Positions 43,279 through 51,869 of a stretch of 64,000 nucleotides of DNA are shown here, piece by piece (position 1 is the first letter of the stretch; each line of letters starts with the position of its first letter). Below the pieces are notes generated by a model. That model was not told the origin of the DNA, did not search any database, and saw nothing but the letters and a program-made list of their open reading frames with translations. The stretch is from the NCBI GenBank assembly GCA_035516965.1, contig DATIZR010000120.1, positions 967-64,966 of the forward strand, given 5' to 3'. Source of the DNA: Nitrospirota bacterium (GTDB taxonomy: Bacteria > Nitrospirota > UBA9217). The position numbers were made by a program, and so were the translations under genes.

Positions 43279-43548
43279 CTACAGGTTCTTGTGGATGAAG
43301 GACGCCAGGGACCGGATTGTCTCGAAGTCTTGTCGTGTAAGGTCCGAGTGGATCAGTTGGAGTTTAAAGGTCTTCTCGATGAATACCAGGATCTCGACGA
43401 GGCCGAGTGAGTCGATCCCGAGTTCGTGGAACGGCTGGTCGCCTCCGAGAGATGCCTTGTCAGCCGCCAGTATGGCGGCTACGCCTTCCGTCAGCGTGCT
43501 TTCGATTTCCTGCACCGTGAACTTCTTGCCCGTTTCCTGAACCGCCAT
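43279..43548 (-). CDS. acyl carrier protein
   Basis: ORF trimmed to the ATG at 43548 ('MAVQETGKKF'). Phosphopantetheine site 'LGIDSLGLVEI'. Confidence 0.8.
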   Translation of the reverse strand: MAVQETGKKFTVQEIESTLTEGVAAILAADKASLGGDQPFHELGIDSLGLVEILVFIEKTFKLQLIHSDLTRQDFETIRSLASFIHKNL

Positions 43549-43658
43549 ATCCCGAAAAAATCCTTTCAGCTGGAGTGGTCTGCCTTGGCGCTTGAAGATC
43601 GATGGATGGATCGAGGGACCGGCCCGCTCGCGCAGCAGCATGGTACGTGATGATTAGA

Positions 43659-44717
43659 CTACGGTTTCATCAAATGAATCGTGCTTGATTCGTTTGCGCA
43701 ATTATACCGGATGCATCGCATGAAATCAACAGAAGAATCAGCGTGTTCCTTCACAACAGGAAGGTTTTGCGCTCCGTCCAGAACGGGGTTTGCATAACAG
43801 AAACCGGCCTTGAGCATCAGGGCACCTGCAGCCATGGAGAATGCCGTCCCCGTCATCATGCTTCCGTAGAGCGGCGAGTAAGCGGCGATCCGGGCCCCTG
43901 GACTCGTTTCAAAGGCCTGCCACGTTACCTCTGACGTCATCCCGTCAATGTCGAGAATATTGAGACCTGAACCCTGTGGTGTGTTGGCGCTGGTTCCAAA
44001 CTGTACGCCGGACACCCTGCAGTAAAACCTCTCATCCTCCTTGTTGCCGAGAAGGAAAAAAGCGGCCCCTTCACCGGGAACTGCTCCGGGTGACTTCTGG
44101 AAAGGCCTGATCTTCCCGTCGGCGGCCAGGGCAAGTCTGGAGTCCGCGATATACCCCAGAACGTCTCCGAATTGATCGATTGCGCCGACAAGAACGTGGT
44201 CCAGTCGCCCCTCATGAAGCCATGCGTCGGCAAGCTGCAGCGCCGACTGGAACGAAAAGAAGAACTGCGTCACGGTCAGCGTCGGGCCCTGTATCCCGAG
44301 TGCCGTAGAAATATAAGATGCCGCCGCGTTGTGCACCGAATTGGAAAAGGCCGTTGGGGAGACCGCCGCCTCGCCGAAGTCGAGGATGCCGTCCAGAAAT
44401 TCAAAGGTCGTTCCATGGGCCCCCAAAGCCGTGGCCACGATCACGCCCAGCCTCCTGACCTCCTCAGGACGAAGTCCGCTGTCCGTCACCGCGTCCGTTG
44501 CCGCGAGCACCGCCATCTTGCTCAGCTTGTCCGCACGCCTCATTTTTTTGAGAACGCTCTTGTCCTGCACGTGCTCCAGGTCCACGGTATGGACCGGCAC
44601 CTGCCTGTCCTTGATCGTCAAGCGCGCGGGTTCGCGCCATCCTTCGAGCAGGGCCTGTTGGAATGCATGGATCCCCCTGCCCCGCGAACAGAGAAGGCCA
44701 ATGCCCTGTACGTTCAT
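43659..44717 (-). CDS. beta-ketoacyl synthase-like protein lacking the active-site Cys (chain-length-factor-like partner)
   Basis: 352 aa with a thiolase-fold-like N-terminus 'MNVQGIGLLCSRGRG'. It has 'TVTQFFFSFQSAL' where KS enzymes carry 'xACSSG'. ATGA overlap with the upstream complete KS (44714..44717). Confidence 0.7.
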   Translation of the reverse strand: MNVQGIGLLCSRGRGIHAFQQALLEGWREPARLTIKDRQVPVHTVDLEHVQDKSVLKKMRRADKLSKMAVLAATDAVTDSGLRPEEVRRLGVIVATALGAHGTTFEFLDGILDFGEAAVSPTAFSNSVHNAAASYISTALGIQGPTLTVTQFFFSFQSALQLADAWLHEGRLDHVLVGAIDQFGDVLGYIADSRLALAADGKIRPFQKSPGAVPGEGAAFFLLGNKEDERFYCRVSGVQFGTSANTPQGSGLNILDIDGMTSEVTWQAFETSPGARIAAYSPLYGSMMTGTAFSMAAGALMLKAGFCYANPVLDGAQNLPVVKEHADSSVDFMRCIRYNCANESSTIHLMKP

Positions 44718-45895
44718 GGCGCTGACCTCCGTCCCATCACGATGGCAGCGTTGTTGCCCCCGAAGGCGAGCGACGTGGAAACGGCGTATTTGCCCGCGAT
44801 GCGTGTTATTTCACGGACCGGCGCAAGGGGAATGTTCGGGTCCTGGTTCACGAACCCAGGGCTTGCCGGGATCCATCCCGCTCTCAGCCCCAGGGCGGTG
44901 AACACAGCCTCCAACCCGCCTGCTGCGCCGAGCGTGTGCCCTGTGAACCCCTTTGTCGAGAGCATGGCGAGCCCGGGACCGAACATCCTGGCAAGGAGCT
45001 TCCCCTCGGCCTGATCGTTATCCGGGGTCGCCGTCCCATGGGCGTTCACGAAGCTGACTGTCTCCGGCCCGACGTCCGCCTGTCGCAAGGCAGCGACCAG
45101 CGACGCCTCAAGGCCGACTCCCTCGGGATGGGGCGCCGTGAGATGGTAGGCGTCGGCGCATGCCCCAAACCCCGCAAGAAACAGGTCTGTCGAGACGCGG
45201 CGCCGTTTGGCGAACTCCCGCCGCTCGAGAACGACCACGCCCGCCCCTTCACCAAGATTCAGCCCCTTCCGGTCCCGGTCAAAGGGCGCGCACAGCTCCT
45301 TGCTCACGATGCCGAGCGATCCGAAACCGCAGTACGGGATGCGCGACAGCTCGTCCGCGCCGCCGGCTATGGCAATGTCGCACATGCCGCTCCGGAGCCA
45401 TGACGAAGCCGCGCCGATCGCATCGGTGCCCGATGAACAGGCATTCACGACCGTGAGGCAGGGCCCGTTTGCCTTGACGGAGCGTGCGACGTACTCGGCC
45501 AGGTTCCCCTTCAAGTAACGGTCCACGGGCTCCATGGGCGCCGAGCCCGTCTCGCGATAGGAGCGATAGAATTCCAGATCGTTCAACTGGCTGGCCACGG
45601 TTGTGCCGAGACAGACGCCGACTCGATGCTTCGAAAGATCATGGCCGAGGCCGGACTCGCGCAATGCCTCATCCACGGCAACAAGGGCCAGGCTTATCGT
45701 CCTCAGTCCCTTCCGGCGAAATGCCTCGGGAATGCTTTTCACTTCGAACACCGGATACTCAAGCCGCGTTTCGAAGAGCGTTACAGGCCCGCCGTTTCGC
45801 CGGCCGTCCTTGAAGCACGTCAGCGTCTCAGGCACCGAAGAGCCGGCCGCGGAGATCGCGCCTAGTCCGGTGATAAGGATATCGTTGTTCTGCAT
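44714..45895 (-). CDS. beta-ketoacyl-ACP synthase (FabF-like)
   Basis: Start set at the ATG at 45895 ('MQNNDILITGLG'); the ORF could extend to 45955. Cys-His-His triad contexts 'NACSSGTDAIG', 'NAHGTATPDND' and 'FTGHTLGAAG'. Confidence 0.85.
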   Translation of the reverse strand: MQNNDILITGLGAISAAGSSVPETLTCFKDGRRNGGPVTLFETRLEYPVFEVKSIPEAFRRKGLRTISLALVAVDEALRESGLGHDLSKHRVGVCLGTTVASQLNDLEFYRSYRETGSAPMEPVDRYLKGNLAEYVARSVKANGPCLTVVNACSSGTDAIGAASSWLRSGMCDIAIAGGADELSRIPYCGFGSLGIVSKELCAPFDRDRKGLNLGEGAGVVVLERREFAKRRRVSTDLFLAGFGACADAYHLTAPHPEGVGLEASLVAALRQADVGPETVSFVNAHGTATPDNDQAEGKLLARMFGPGLAMLSTKGFTGHTLGAAGGLEAVFTALGLRAGWIPASPGFVNQDPNIPLAPVREITRIAGKYAVSTSLAFGGNNAAIVMGRRSAP

Positions 45896-45954
45896 AGGCC
45901 GGTTATTGTACACTCCCCTTTGTTCTTTGTCCATGGGTTTGGCCATCAAGGCCA

Positions 45955-47718
45955 TCAGAAGCGCGGACAGGTCCTGCAGGCCTCGGGAGGGTCATCACCT
46001 GTCATCCGCTGACGATGGTCTCTGAACACATCTCCATTCCATATCGCGGAGAGGGGCTGGGCAAGGAGATTTCCCGCCTTGATGCCGGGTTGGCAATCGC
46101 ACAGCGTTGCCTCGCCCTGGACATTGATGGGGATGGTCTGCCACGGCGAAGCGCACCAGGAGCGGCGTGATGACCGCATGTACAGCTGATCAGGAGGAAG
46201 CAGCAGGAACTTATTGTACCTCTTCCAGAGACCGAACTCCTCCAGCCCCCTCACGGAAAGAACGGGCAGGTTCTTCCGGAAAGCGCTGGATACGGCTGTC
46301 CGCAACATCGAGGCTGCATGTACGCTGCCGTTCTTCCAGAGCGTCCGCCCGATGTTTTCCCCGAAATTCAGGTCCGTCAGCATCATCACGTGAACGCCCA
46401 GGCCGGAGACGAGTTCCATGAGCAGGTCGAGCGAATCGATGGTTTCCGTCGAGACCGCGGAAAAGACGGCAATCGATATTTCCCTCGTGGAACGCGAGAT
46501 ATCGACGAACCGCCTTATGTTAGCAACCACTCGGGCAAGGTCCGTTCCGGGCCGTACCGCTGCGGCAAGGTCCTGAGTACCCGCGTCGATGCTGAATGCG
46601 ATCGATTCGAGACCCGCGTCAAGAAGACTGCGAGAGAGCCCTTCGTCCAGGAGCATCGCGTTCGTCACCAGCGCTGTTCTTCTTCCCCGGGATGATGCCT
46701 CCCGGACAAGATCCGCCACCTGCGGATGCATCAGCGTTTCGCCGAGGCCAACCAGTGTTACCCGATACGCATGCGGAAGCAGGTCGAGTATGGCGGAGAA
46801 GACTCCTTTCGGCATGTCCCTGGGATCGACGCCCCTCAGGGTGCGGGCGCAATGGACGCAGCGCATGGTGCACCGTGTGGTGATCTCGATGTTAGCGATA
46901 ACCGGCTCAGTCGGAACGATCGGACTGAGCCGGGACTGCTGACCGGCCGCGCTTTGTCCGCTGGGGCTCAGGGCAAGATGATGCGCGGAAAACGGCGACA
47001 CGTCAAGAAAACGGCCCGCTTCGGGTTCGACGGACAGGATGCGTTCTAGTACGGCCCTATCCTCGCGCGACGGCACCCGCACGACATCATCGATGGCCCT
47101 CGCAACAAGATCAACAGCAAGCGTGCAGTTCGGACCCTGCAAGACATCGTGTCCCGCGCCGGGGACGGTCGCCGCACGAACGGGTCCCCGGAAGTAGTCA
47201 CGCGACCAGTCTGCTGTATCGGCGCCAGGGACGAGCGCATCCCGCTCTCCCTGCAGGACAAATACCGGGAATGAACCCTTGAACCGGGATTTCCCGACTT
47301 TCTTGATCATTGAGACCATGGCCGCAACCGAGGTGAACGAAATCTGGCTCTTGCCTTTGCGGTGGTCCGACCATCGAGCGAAAGAGTTTGTGTCGATTTT
47401 TTTTGGAACGGAAGCAAGCACGAGCAGCAAGGGTTCTGCGCCCGTCTCCGCCAGCGCGTTCAGGGCAATGATGCCGCCGGTCGAGTGTCCGAAGAGCACG
47501 ATGTCCAGGCCCCGCTGCTGGGCGTCTCTGACTGCTTCGACCACGGACCCGGTAAAGGACCTCATATCGAAGGCGGGCACCCCGCGCGATGCATGACCCG
47601 GAAGCCGCACGGTTCGCACGGAATCCAGTCCTTTGCGCCCGCGAAGCGCATCGGCAAGGAGGGTAAGGTCGTCCGGGGACCCCGAGTAACCGTGGACAAG
47701 AATAACAGTGGCGGGCAC
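45955..47718 (-). CDS. fusion protein: alpha/beta hydrolase (N) + radical SAM/SPASM-like domain (C)
   Basis: 587 aa. N-terminal 'ILVHGYSGSPDD' with nucleophile elbow 'GHSTGG'. Residues ~283-290 'CTMRCVHC' (46849..46872). C-terminal Cys-rich 'CASPW...LCDCQP...EACRTCPRF'. Confidence 0.75.
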   Translation of the reverse strand: MPATVILVHGYSGSPDDLTLLADALRGRKGLDSVRTVRLPGHASRGVPAFDMRSFTGSVVEAVRDAQQRGLDIVLFGHSTGGIIALNALAETGAEPLLLVLASVPKKIDTNSFARWSDHRKGKSQISFTSVAAMVSMIKKVGKSRFKGSFPVFVLQGERDALVPGADTADWSRDYFRGPVRAATVPGAGHDVLQGPNCTLAVDLVARAIDDVVRVPSREDRAVLERILSVEPEAGRFLDVSPFSAHHLALSPSGQSAAGQQSRLSPIVPTEPVIANIEITTRCTMRCVHCARTLRGVDPRDMPKGVFSAILDLLPHAYRVTLVGLGETLMHPQVADLVREASSRGRRTALVTNAMLLDEGLSRSLLDAGLESIAFSIDAGTQDLAAAVRPGTDLARVVANIRRFVDISRSTREISIAVFSAVSTETIDSLDLLMELVSGLGVHVMMLTDLNFGENIGRTLWKNGSVHAASMLRTAVSSAFRKNLPVLSVRGLEEFGLWKRYNKFLLLPPDQLYMRSSRRSWCASPWQTIPINVQGEATLCDCQPGIKAGNLLAQPLSAIWNGDVFRDHRQRMTGDDPPEACRTCPRF

Positions 47719-47720
47719 GA

Positions 47721-48944
47721 CTAAGACTCCGTAAGAGCGGTCGCAAGGGCGGTCACGCCGCCGTAGCGCGCCAAGGTGGTCTGGGCCTGCAGAAGCTGTC
47801 CTGAAAGACCGGACTTCACCAGCAGGCTGCTGATCCTCACGTGGACCTCATCGTCAGACATCCGTTCGAGGGCCTCCATGTAGATCTGCGGATTTCCCTG
47901 AAAAGGCTGGGGTGGTATCAGCCGTAGACCGCACCCCATCCTCTCGAGACAGACGCCGCTGTGGGCCTGCTCGGGCTGAAACGGCATGACGATCACGGGG
48001 ATCCGGTTCTGGAGCGATTCAAACACCGTAAGCTGTCCGCCGTGGGTGACCACGAGCGAGGCATGGGGCAGGATTGCTGCGAGCGGTGCAAAGGTCATGG
48101 AGACGACCCGGGGATCAGCAGGCACGCAGCCGAGGAATTCCTTCTGGCCGCCGCCTGCGAGCAGGACCGTATACCCTCTGTCGAGCAGCAGTTGGACGAT
48201 CCGCAGCACGGGAGTGAAGGAGACTGTGCAGGTGCCGAAGGCGACGACTGCAAGCGGTTGTCCGCCCGCCAGCAGCAAGTCGATATCAACAGGGTCGGCA
48301 GGCCATCGGTTCCAGGAAATCGGACCGACGTGAAGGAGGTCCTTCCGCTGACGCAGCGGAGCGAACTCGGGAAAGTCCCAGAGAAAGGTGCGCTCCCCCA
48401 GCAGGCTGTTCCGGATGTCTCCGTTGCTCTTCGGCAGTCCGAAAGCAGTGATCGACGCTCCGAGCTTTGATCCGGCGTACCGGAAGAAGCCGTCGAGGAT
48501 GATGCGCTGCATGTCGCGCCCGGGTTCGTCTTCCGCGAACCCGAGGACGTCCTCGGAAACCGGAGTCATGCAGCCGCAGATCAGGGAGTCAACGGGCACG
48601 CCCGCAATGGCCGCAGAGGCCTTGAGCGTGAACCGGAATACACCGAGCACGCGGTCCGGCCGGTATTCCCTCAGGAGAGAGACTTCGGCATGGATGCAGG
48701 CAGCAATCCTGCGGGGGTCCCGGAACCATTCCACGGAAGGGAAGCCCGAATCGTCATTTTCCTGGATATCAGGCAGAACGAAATGCTCGATCGAAAGACG
48801 CGTCAGGAACGCTGAATGTTTCCTGCTCACCGCTATCCGCGCTTCATGGCCTCTCTCGATGAGCGCCTCGCTCAGGGCGAGGCATTTCGCCACGTGGGAA
48901 AGCGCGTTGTTGCCCGGAACGAGGAGATATTTTTTTCGGTTCAT
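47721..48944 (-). CDS. glycosyltransferase family 1 (MGT/UDP-glycosyltransferase-like)
   Basis: 407 aa. C-terminal nucleotide-sugar motif 'VTHGGQLTVFESLQNRIPVIVMPFQPEQ'. Confidence 0.75.
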   Translation of the reverse strand: MNRKKYLLVPGNNALSHVAKCLALSEALIERGHEARIAVSRKHSAFLTRLSIEHFVLPDIQENDDSGFPSVEWFRDPRRIAACIHAEVSLLREYRPDRVLGVFRFTLKASAAIAGVPVDSLICGCMTPVSEDVLGFAEDEPGRDMQRIILDGFFRYAGSKLGASITAFGLPKSNGDIRNSLLGERTFLWDFPEFAPLRQRKDLLHVGPISWNRWPADPVDIDLLLAGGQPLAVVAFGTCTVSFTPVLRIVQLLLDRGYTVLLAGGGQKEFLGCVPADPRVVSMTFAPLAAILPHASLVVTHGGQLTVFESLQNRIPVIVMPFQPEQAHSGVCLERMGCGLRLIPPQPFQGNPQIYMEALERMSDDEVHVRISSLLVKSGLSGQLLQAQTTLARYGGVTALATALTES

Positions 48945-49029
48945 GTAGGCTTCCGGATCTTGTTCAGGGCTTCTTTCTGTTCCCGTAAACGTAGCTGGGC
49001 TGGCTATCGTGTCTGACGGTCCCGGGCGA

Positions 49030-50421
49030 TCACGATGTACCTGGACTCGTGAGCCGGGAAGAGGTTCCGCCCTCGGAATGTGGCGCCCGTATCAGATGAT
49101 CCGATTCCTCGGTCAATACCGAGTCGATGATGTAGTCGCAAACGTCTTCCACGAAAAACGCGCCGTATTTCGATAAACGAACGAACCCATTCTCCTGCAG
49201 GAGACACCCAAAACCTCCGAGCTCCGAAAAGAGCCGGGAGAAGACATCCCGGGGGTCTGCGGCAAACCTGCCGTGAAACCGGCGGATATCGACGCCTTCA
49301 GCCAGCTGCAGGCTCAGCAAGAGCGTCCGGAACATCTGTTCCCGTCTGGTCAGGTCGATATATCTGCCGATCGGAAGCCCGCCTTTTCTGATGATGTTCG
49401 TATACGAGGAAAGCTCTTCATACTTATCATAGCAGATCGTTTTGGTATACGACCGCGCCCGCGAACCGAATGCGATGATCGGTATCTCTTTCAACCAGTA
49501 ATAGCGATAGGGCCATTGCGCGTCATTCGTAAAACTGCCATTCTGCTCGTATCCGTTCGCGCTCATCCATTCCTGCGTCCTGAACACGATGTCAAAAAGA
49601 GTGTCATTGCTCACGACCAGGCCGGGGTGTTCTTTGTAGAGCTTGACGATCAAGGGGTTCACGATCTCGTGCCTGATATACTCGACCGAATCAGGACGGA
49701 TTCCCTCAAGGATGGCCAGGTCAGCTTCCACACTGTCCATGGTCTGTCCGGGAAGTCCGGTCATCATGTCGATGTTGATCGATATCCCGGCATCCTGCAC
49801 GGCCCTCACGACGTCTGCGACCTGTCCCCGGGTGTTCTTTCTGTTGCAGCGAGCGAGGATCTCCTGGTCAAAGGTCTGGCAACCGATACTGAGCCTGTTG
49901 ATGCCGATATTCCGCAGTTCCCGTACCCGCTTTGCATCCGAGAGCGTGGCGGGATGCGCTTCCGACGTTACGTTGCACGCATGACTGAATCCGATGATAG
50001 AGGAAAGCTTTTCCAGTATACGGTTGATGTCGCGGCTGGGAAATGACGTGGGGGTTCCGCCGCCGAAATAGATGCATCGCGCCTTCTTGCCAGAGAATAC
50101 TCCGCGGCCCGCCACCAATTCTATCTCTTTCAGCAAATTCTCCAGATAATCATCCTGGGCTTCCCTGCTCACGGGATGAGGGAAGGAATTGCAGAACAGA
50201 CATTCGGAGAAACAGAACGGAAGGTGGACATAGAGCAAGAGCTCTTCTGCTACCAGGCTCTCTCTTACCCGCTCCAGAAAGCAGTCGGTCTGCGACGGGG
50301 CCAGTATCTTGAAGTGGTGAGGAATGAACAGGTCCGGCTGGCTCTTGGTGTAATCTACGGAGCCGTAGAAGAGTTTCTCTCGTATGATAGTCAGCGCTTC
50401 ATTGTGTATCATACTTCCCAT
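49030..50421 (-). CDS. HemN-like (oxygen-independent coproporphyrinogen oxidase family) radical SAM protein
   Basis: Start set at the ATG at 50421 (or 50412). Contains 'YVHLPFCFSECLFCNSF', 'IYFGGGTPT', 'RLSIGCQTFD' and a HemN_C-like tail. Confidence 0.8.
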   Translation of the reverse strand: MGSMIHNEALTIIREKLFYGSVDYTKSQPDLFIPHHFKILAPSQTDCFLERVRESLVAEELLLYVHLPFCFSECLFCNSFPHPVSREAQDDYLENLLKEIELVAGRGVFSGKKARCIYFGGGTPTSFPSRDINRILEKLSSIIGFSHACNVTSEAHPATLSDAKRVRELRNIGINRLSIGCQTFDQEILARCNRKNTRGQVADVVRAVQDAGISINIDMMTGLPGQTMDSVEADLAILEGIRPDSVEYIRHEIVNPLIVKLYKEHPGLVVSNDTLFDIVFRTQEWMSANGYEQNGSFTNDAQWPYRYYWLKEIPIIAFGSRARSYTKTICYDKYEELSSYTNIIRKGGLPIGRYIDLTRREQMFRTLLLSLQLAEGVDIRRFHGRFAADPRDVFSRLFSELGGFGCLLQENGFVRLSKYGAFFVEDVCDYIIDSVLTEESDHLIRAPHSEGGTSSRLTSPGTS

Positions 50422-50606
50422 TTCTCGAACGCCTACATGGACTTCCCTTGAAGACGCTGATCGTGGTCGACCTTCTTGACCGGAGCATTCGCACAGGACA
50501 GCGAGCCCCGGCCCCGGGAGCGGCGCCACGAATCAGCTGAACGGGGACCCCTGTGTACATACCCCGGCGCGCTTTCCGGATCGTCGCACCCTTCTCCCGG
50601 AGCTCT

Positions 50607-50885
50607 TTACTTCTTGTTATCGTAGATGAAGTTGGCGATGGTATTGATGGAGTGGAATATCTCCTTGCCCTGATCCATGTTCTTGACTTCGACGCCGAAG
50701 TTCCGCTGCAGCAGCACGACGATCTCCACGGCGTCCAGAGAGTCGAGCCCGAGCCCTTCCCCGAAGAGAACCTCATCGTCCTTGATGTCCGCCGGTTTGA
50801 CATCCTCGAGCGAAAGATCGCGGACGATCATTTCCTTGAGGTCCTTGCGGATTTGCACCAGTTCCTGTTCCTTTGCTTCTGCCAT
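50607..50885 (-). CDS. acyl carrier protein
   Basis: 92 aa. Contains 'LGLDSLDAVEIVVLLQRNFGV'. Confidence 0.88.
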   Translation of the reverse strand: MAEAKEQELVQIRKDLKEMIVRDLSLEDVKPADIKDDEVLFGEGLGLDSLDAVEIVVLLQRNFGVEVKNMDQGKEIFHSINTIANFIYDNKK

Positions 50886-50969
50886 ACTTTCTCTCCTTCT
50901 TCACCGGTTGAATGATCTCGTTTGACAACGCATGCAGCGGCTGCACATGCGGCCAGGCCAGCAGCACCG

Positions 50970-51869
50970 TCACTCATTGGAACGCCACATGTCGCGGAAC
51001 ACGAACCACTGGTATGGATAACGATCCGCGTAGTCTTCCAGGACGCGGGCATATTCCTGGACACAGGCCCTGATCTGTTCCTGCTTCTCCCTCGCTCTCC
51101 CGCGCGGCGGTTCGATCACGTGGGTGACGTCGGTCAGGTACTTCCTGCGCCCGACCTTCGCCGAGAGCAGTACGACTACGGGGCACTGGGCCGCGCCCGC
51201 GATCGTGAACGCTCCGTAGGGAAAGGAAACGGGTCCGCCCAGAAGCATGGCTTCCTGGGAACTGTACCCGTACGTCCGGTCCCCCATGATCGAAACAAGT
51301 TCGCCGCGGCTGATCGCCTTCATGGCTTCGACCACACCGCCCAGCGTGTCATCGGTGTGCAGGATGCGTATCGCACTCTGGTCCCGGTCGATGCCCAGCG
51401 ACTCCCGGACCGCGGCGTTGTCCTCTGGCCGCATCAGCAGGTGGACGGTCTTTCCCAGCCTCCGCAGAACGGTCATGGCCACCTGCCAGTTTCCAACGTG
51501 GGCCGTCAGCAGGACCAGTCCCTTCTCGCCTGAAAGGAGGCCCTTCAGCCGTTCCAGGCCCTGGATGTCGATCTCGATGCTTGTTCCGCCGGCAATCACG
51601 TAATACCGGTCGAGGAGGCTTTTGCCCTGGCTGACGAACAGCAGGTAAACATCGAGCAGCCGCCGGAGCCGGCCGTGGCCCGGGAACCGGCGGTTCACAT
51701 AAGCCAGGCTCGCCCTGACTGCAGGGCGGTCGAATGCCAGGTAGTAGAGCCCCACCAGGTACAGCAGGCCGTAGGCCCCGGCGAGTCCGGAGACGCGGAC
51801 CGCCGTTCTGAAGAACCAGAACCCGATCCTGTTCCCCCGCTTCCGGTCAGTTGCCCTTGCCTGCGACAT
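50970..51869 (-). CDS. lysophospholipid/lipid A-type acyltransferase (LPLAT, LpxL/HtrB-like)
   Basis: Start set at the ATG at 51869 ('MSQARATD'). N-terminal TM segment. 'LLTAHVGNWQVA' corresponds to the HxxxxD/E box of the family, with Q at the acidic position. Confidence 0.7.
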   Translation of the reverse strand: MSQARATDRKRGNRIGFWFFRTAVRVSGLAGAYGLLYLVGLYYLAFDRPAVRASLAYVNRRFPGHGRLRRLLDVYLLFVSQGKSLLDRYYVIAGGTSIEIDIQGLERLKGLLSGEKGLVLLTAHVGNWQVAMTVLRRLGKTVHLLMRPEDNAAVRESLGIDRDQSAIRILHTDDTLGGVVEAMKAISRGELVSIMGDRTYGYSSQEAMLLGGPVSFPYGAFTIAGAAQCPVVVLLSAKVGRRKYLTDVTHVIEPPRGRAREKQEQIRACVQEYARVLEDYADRYPYQWFVFRDMWRSNE

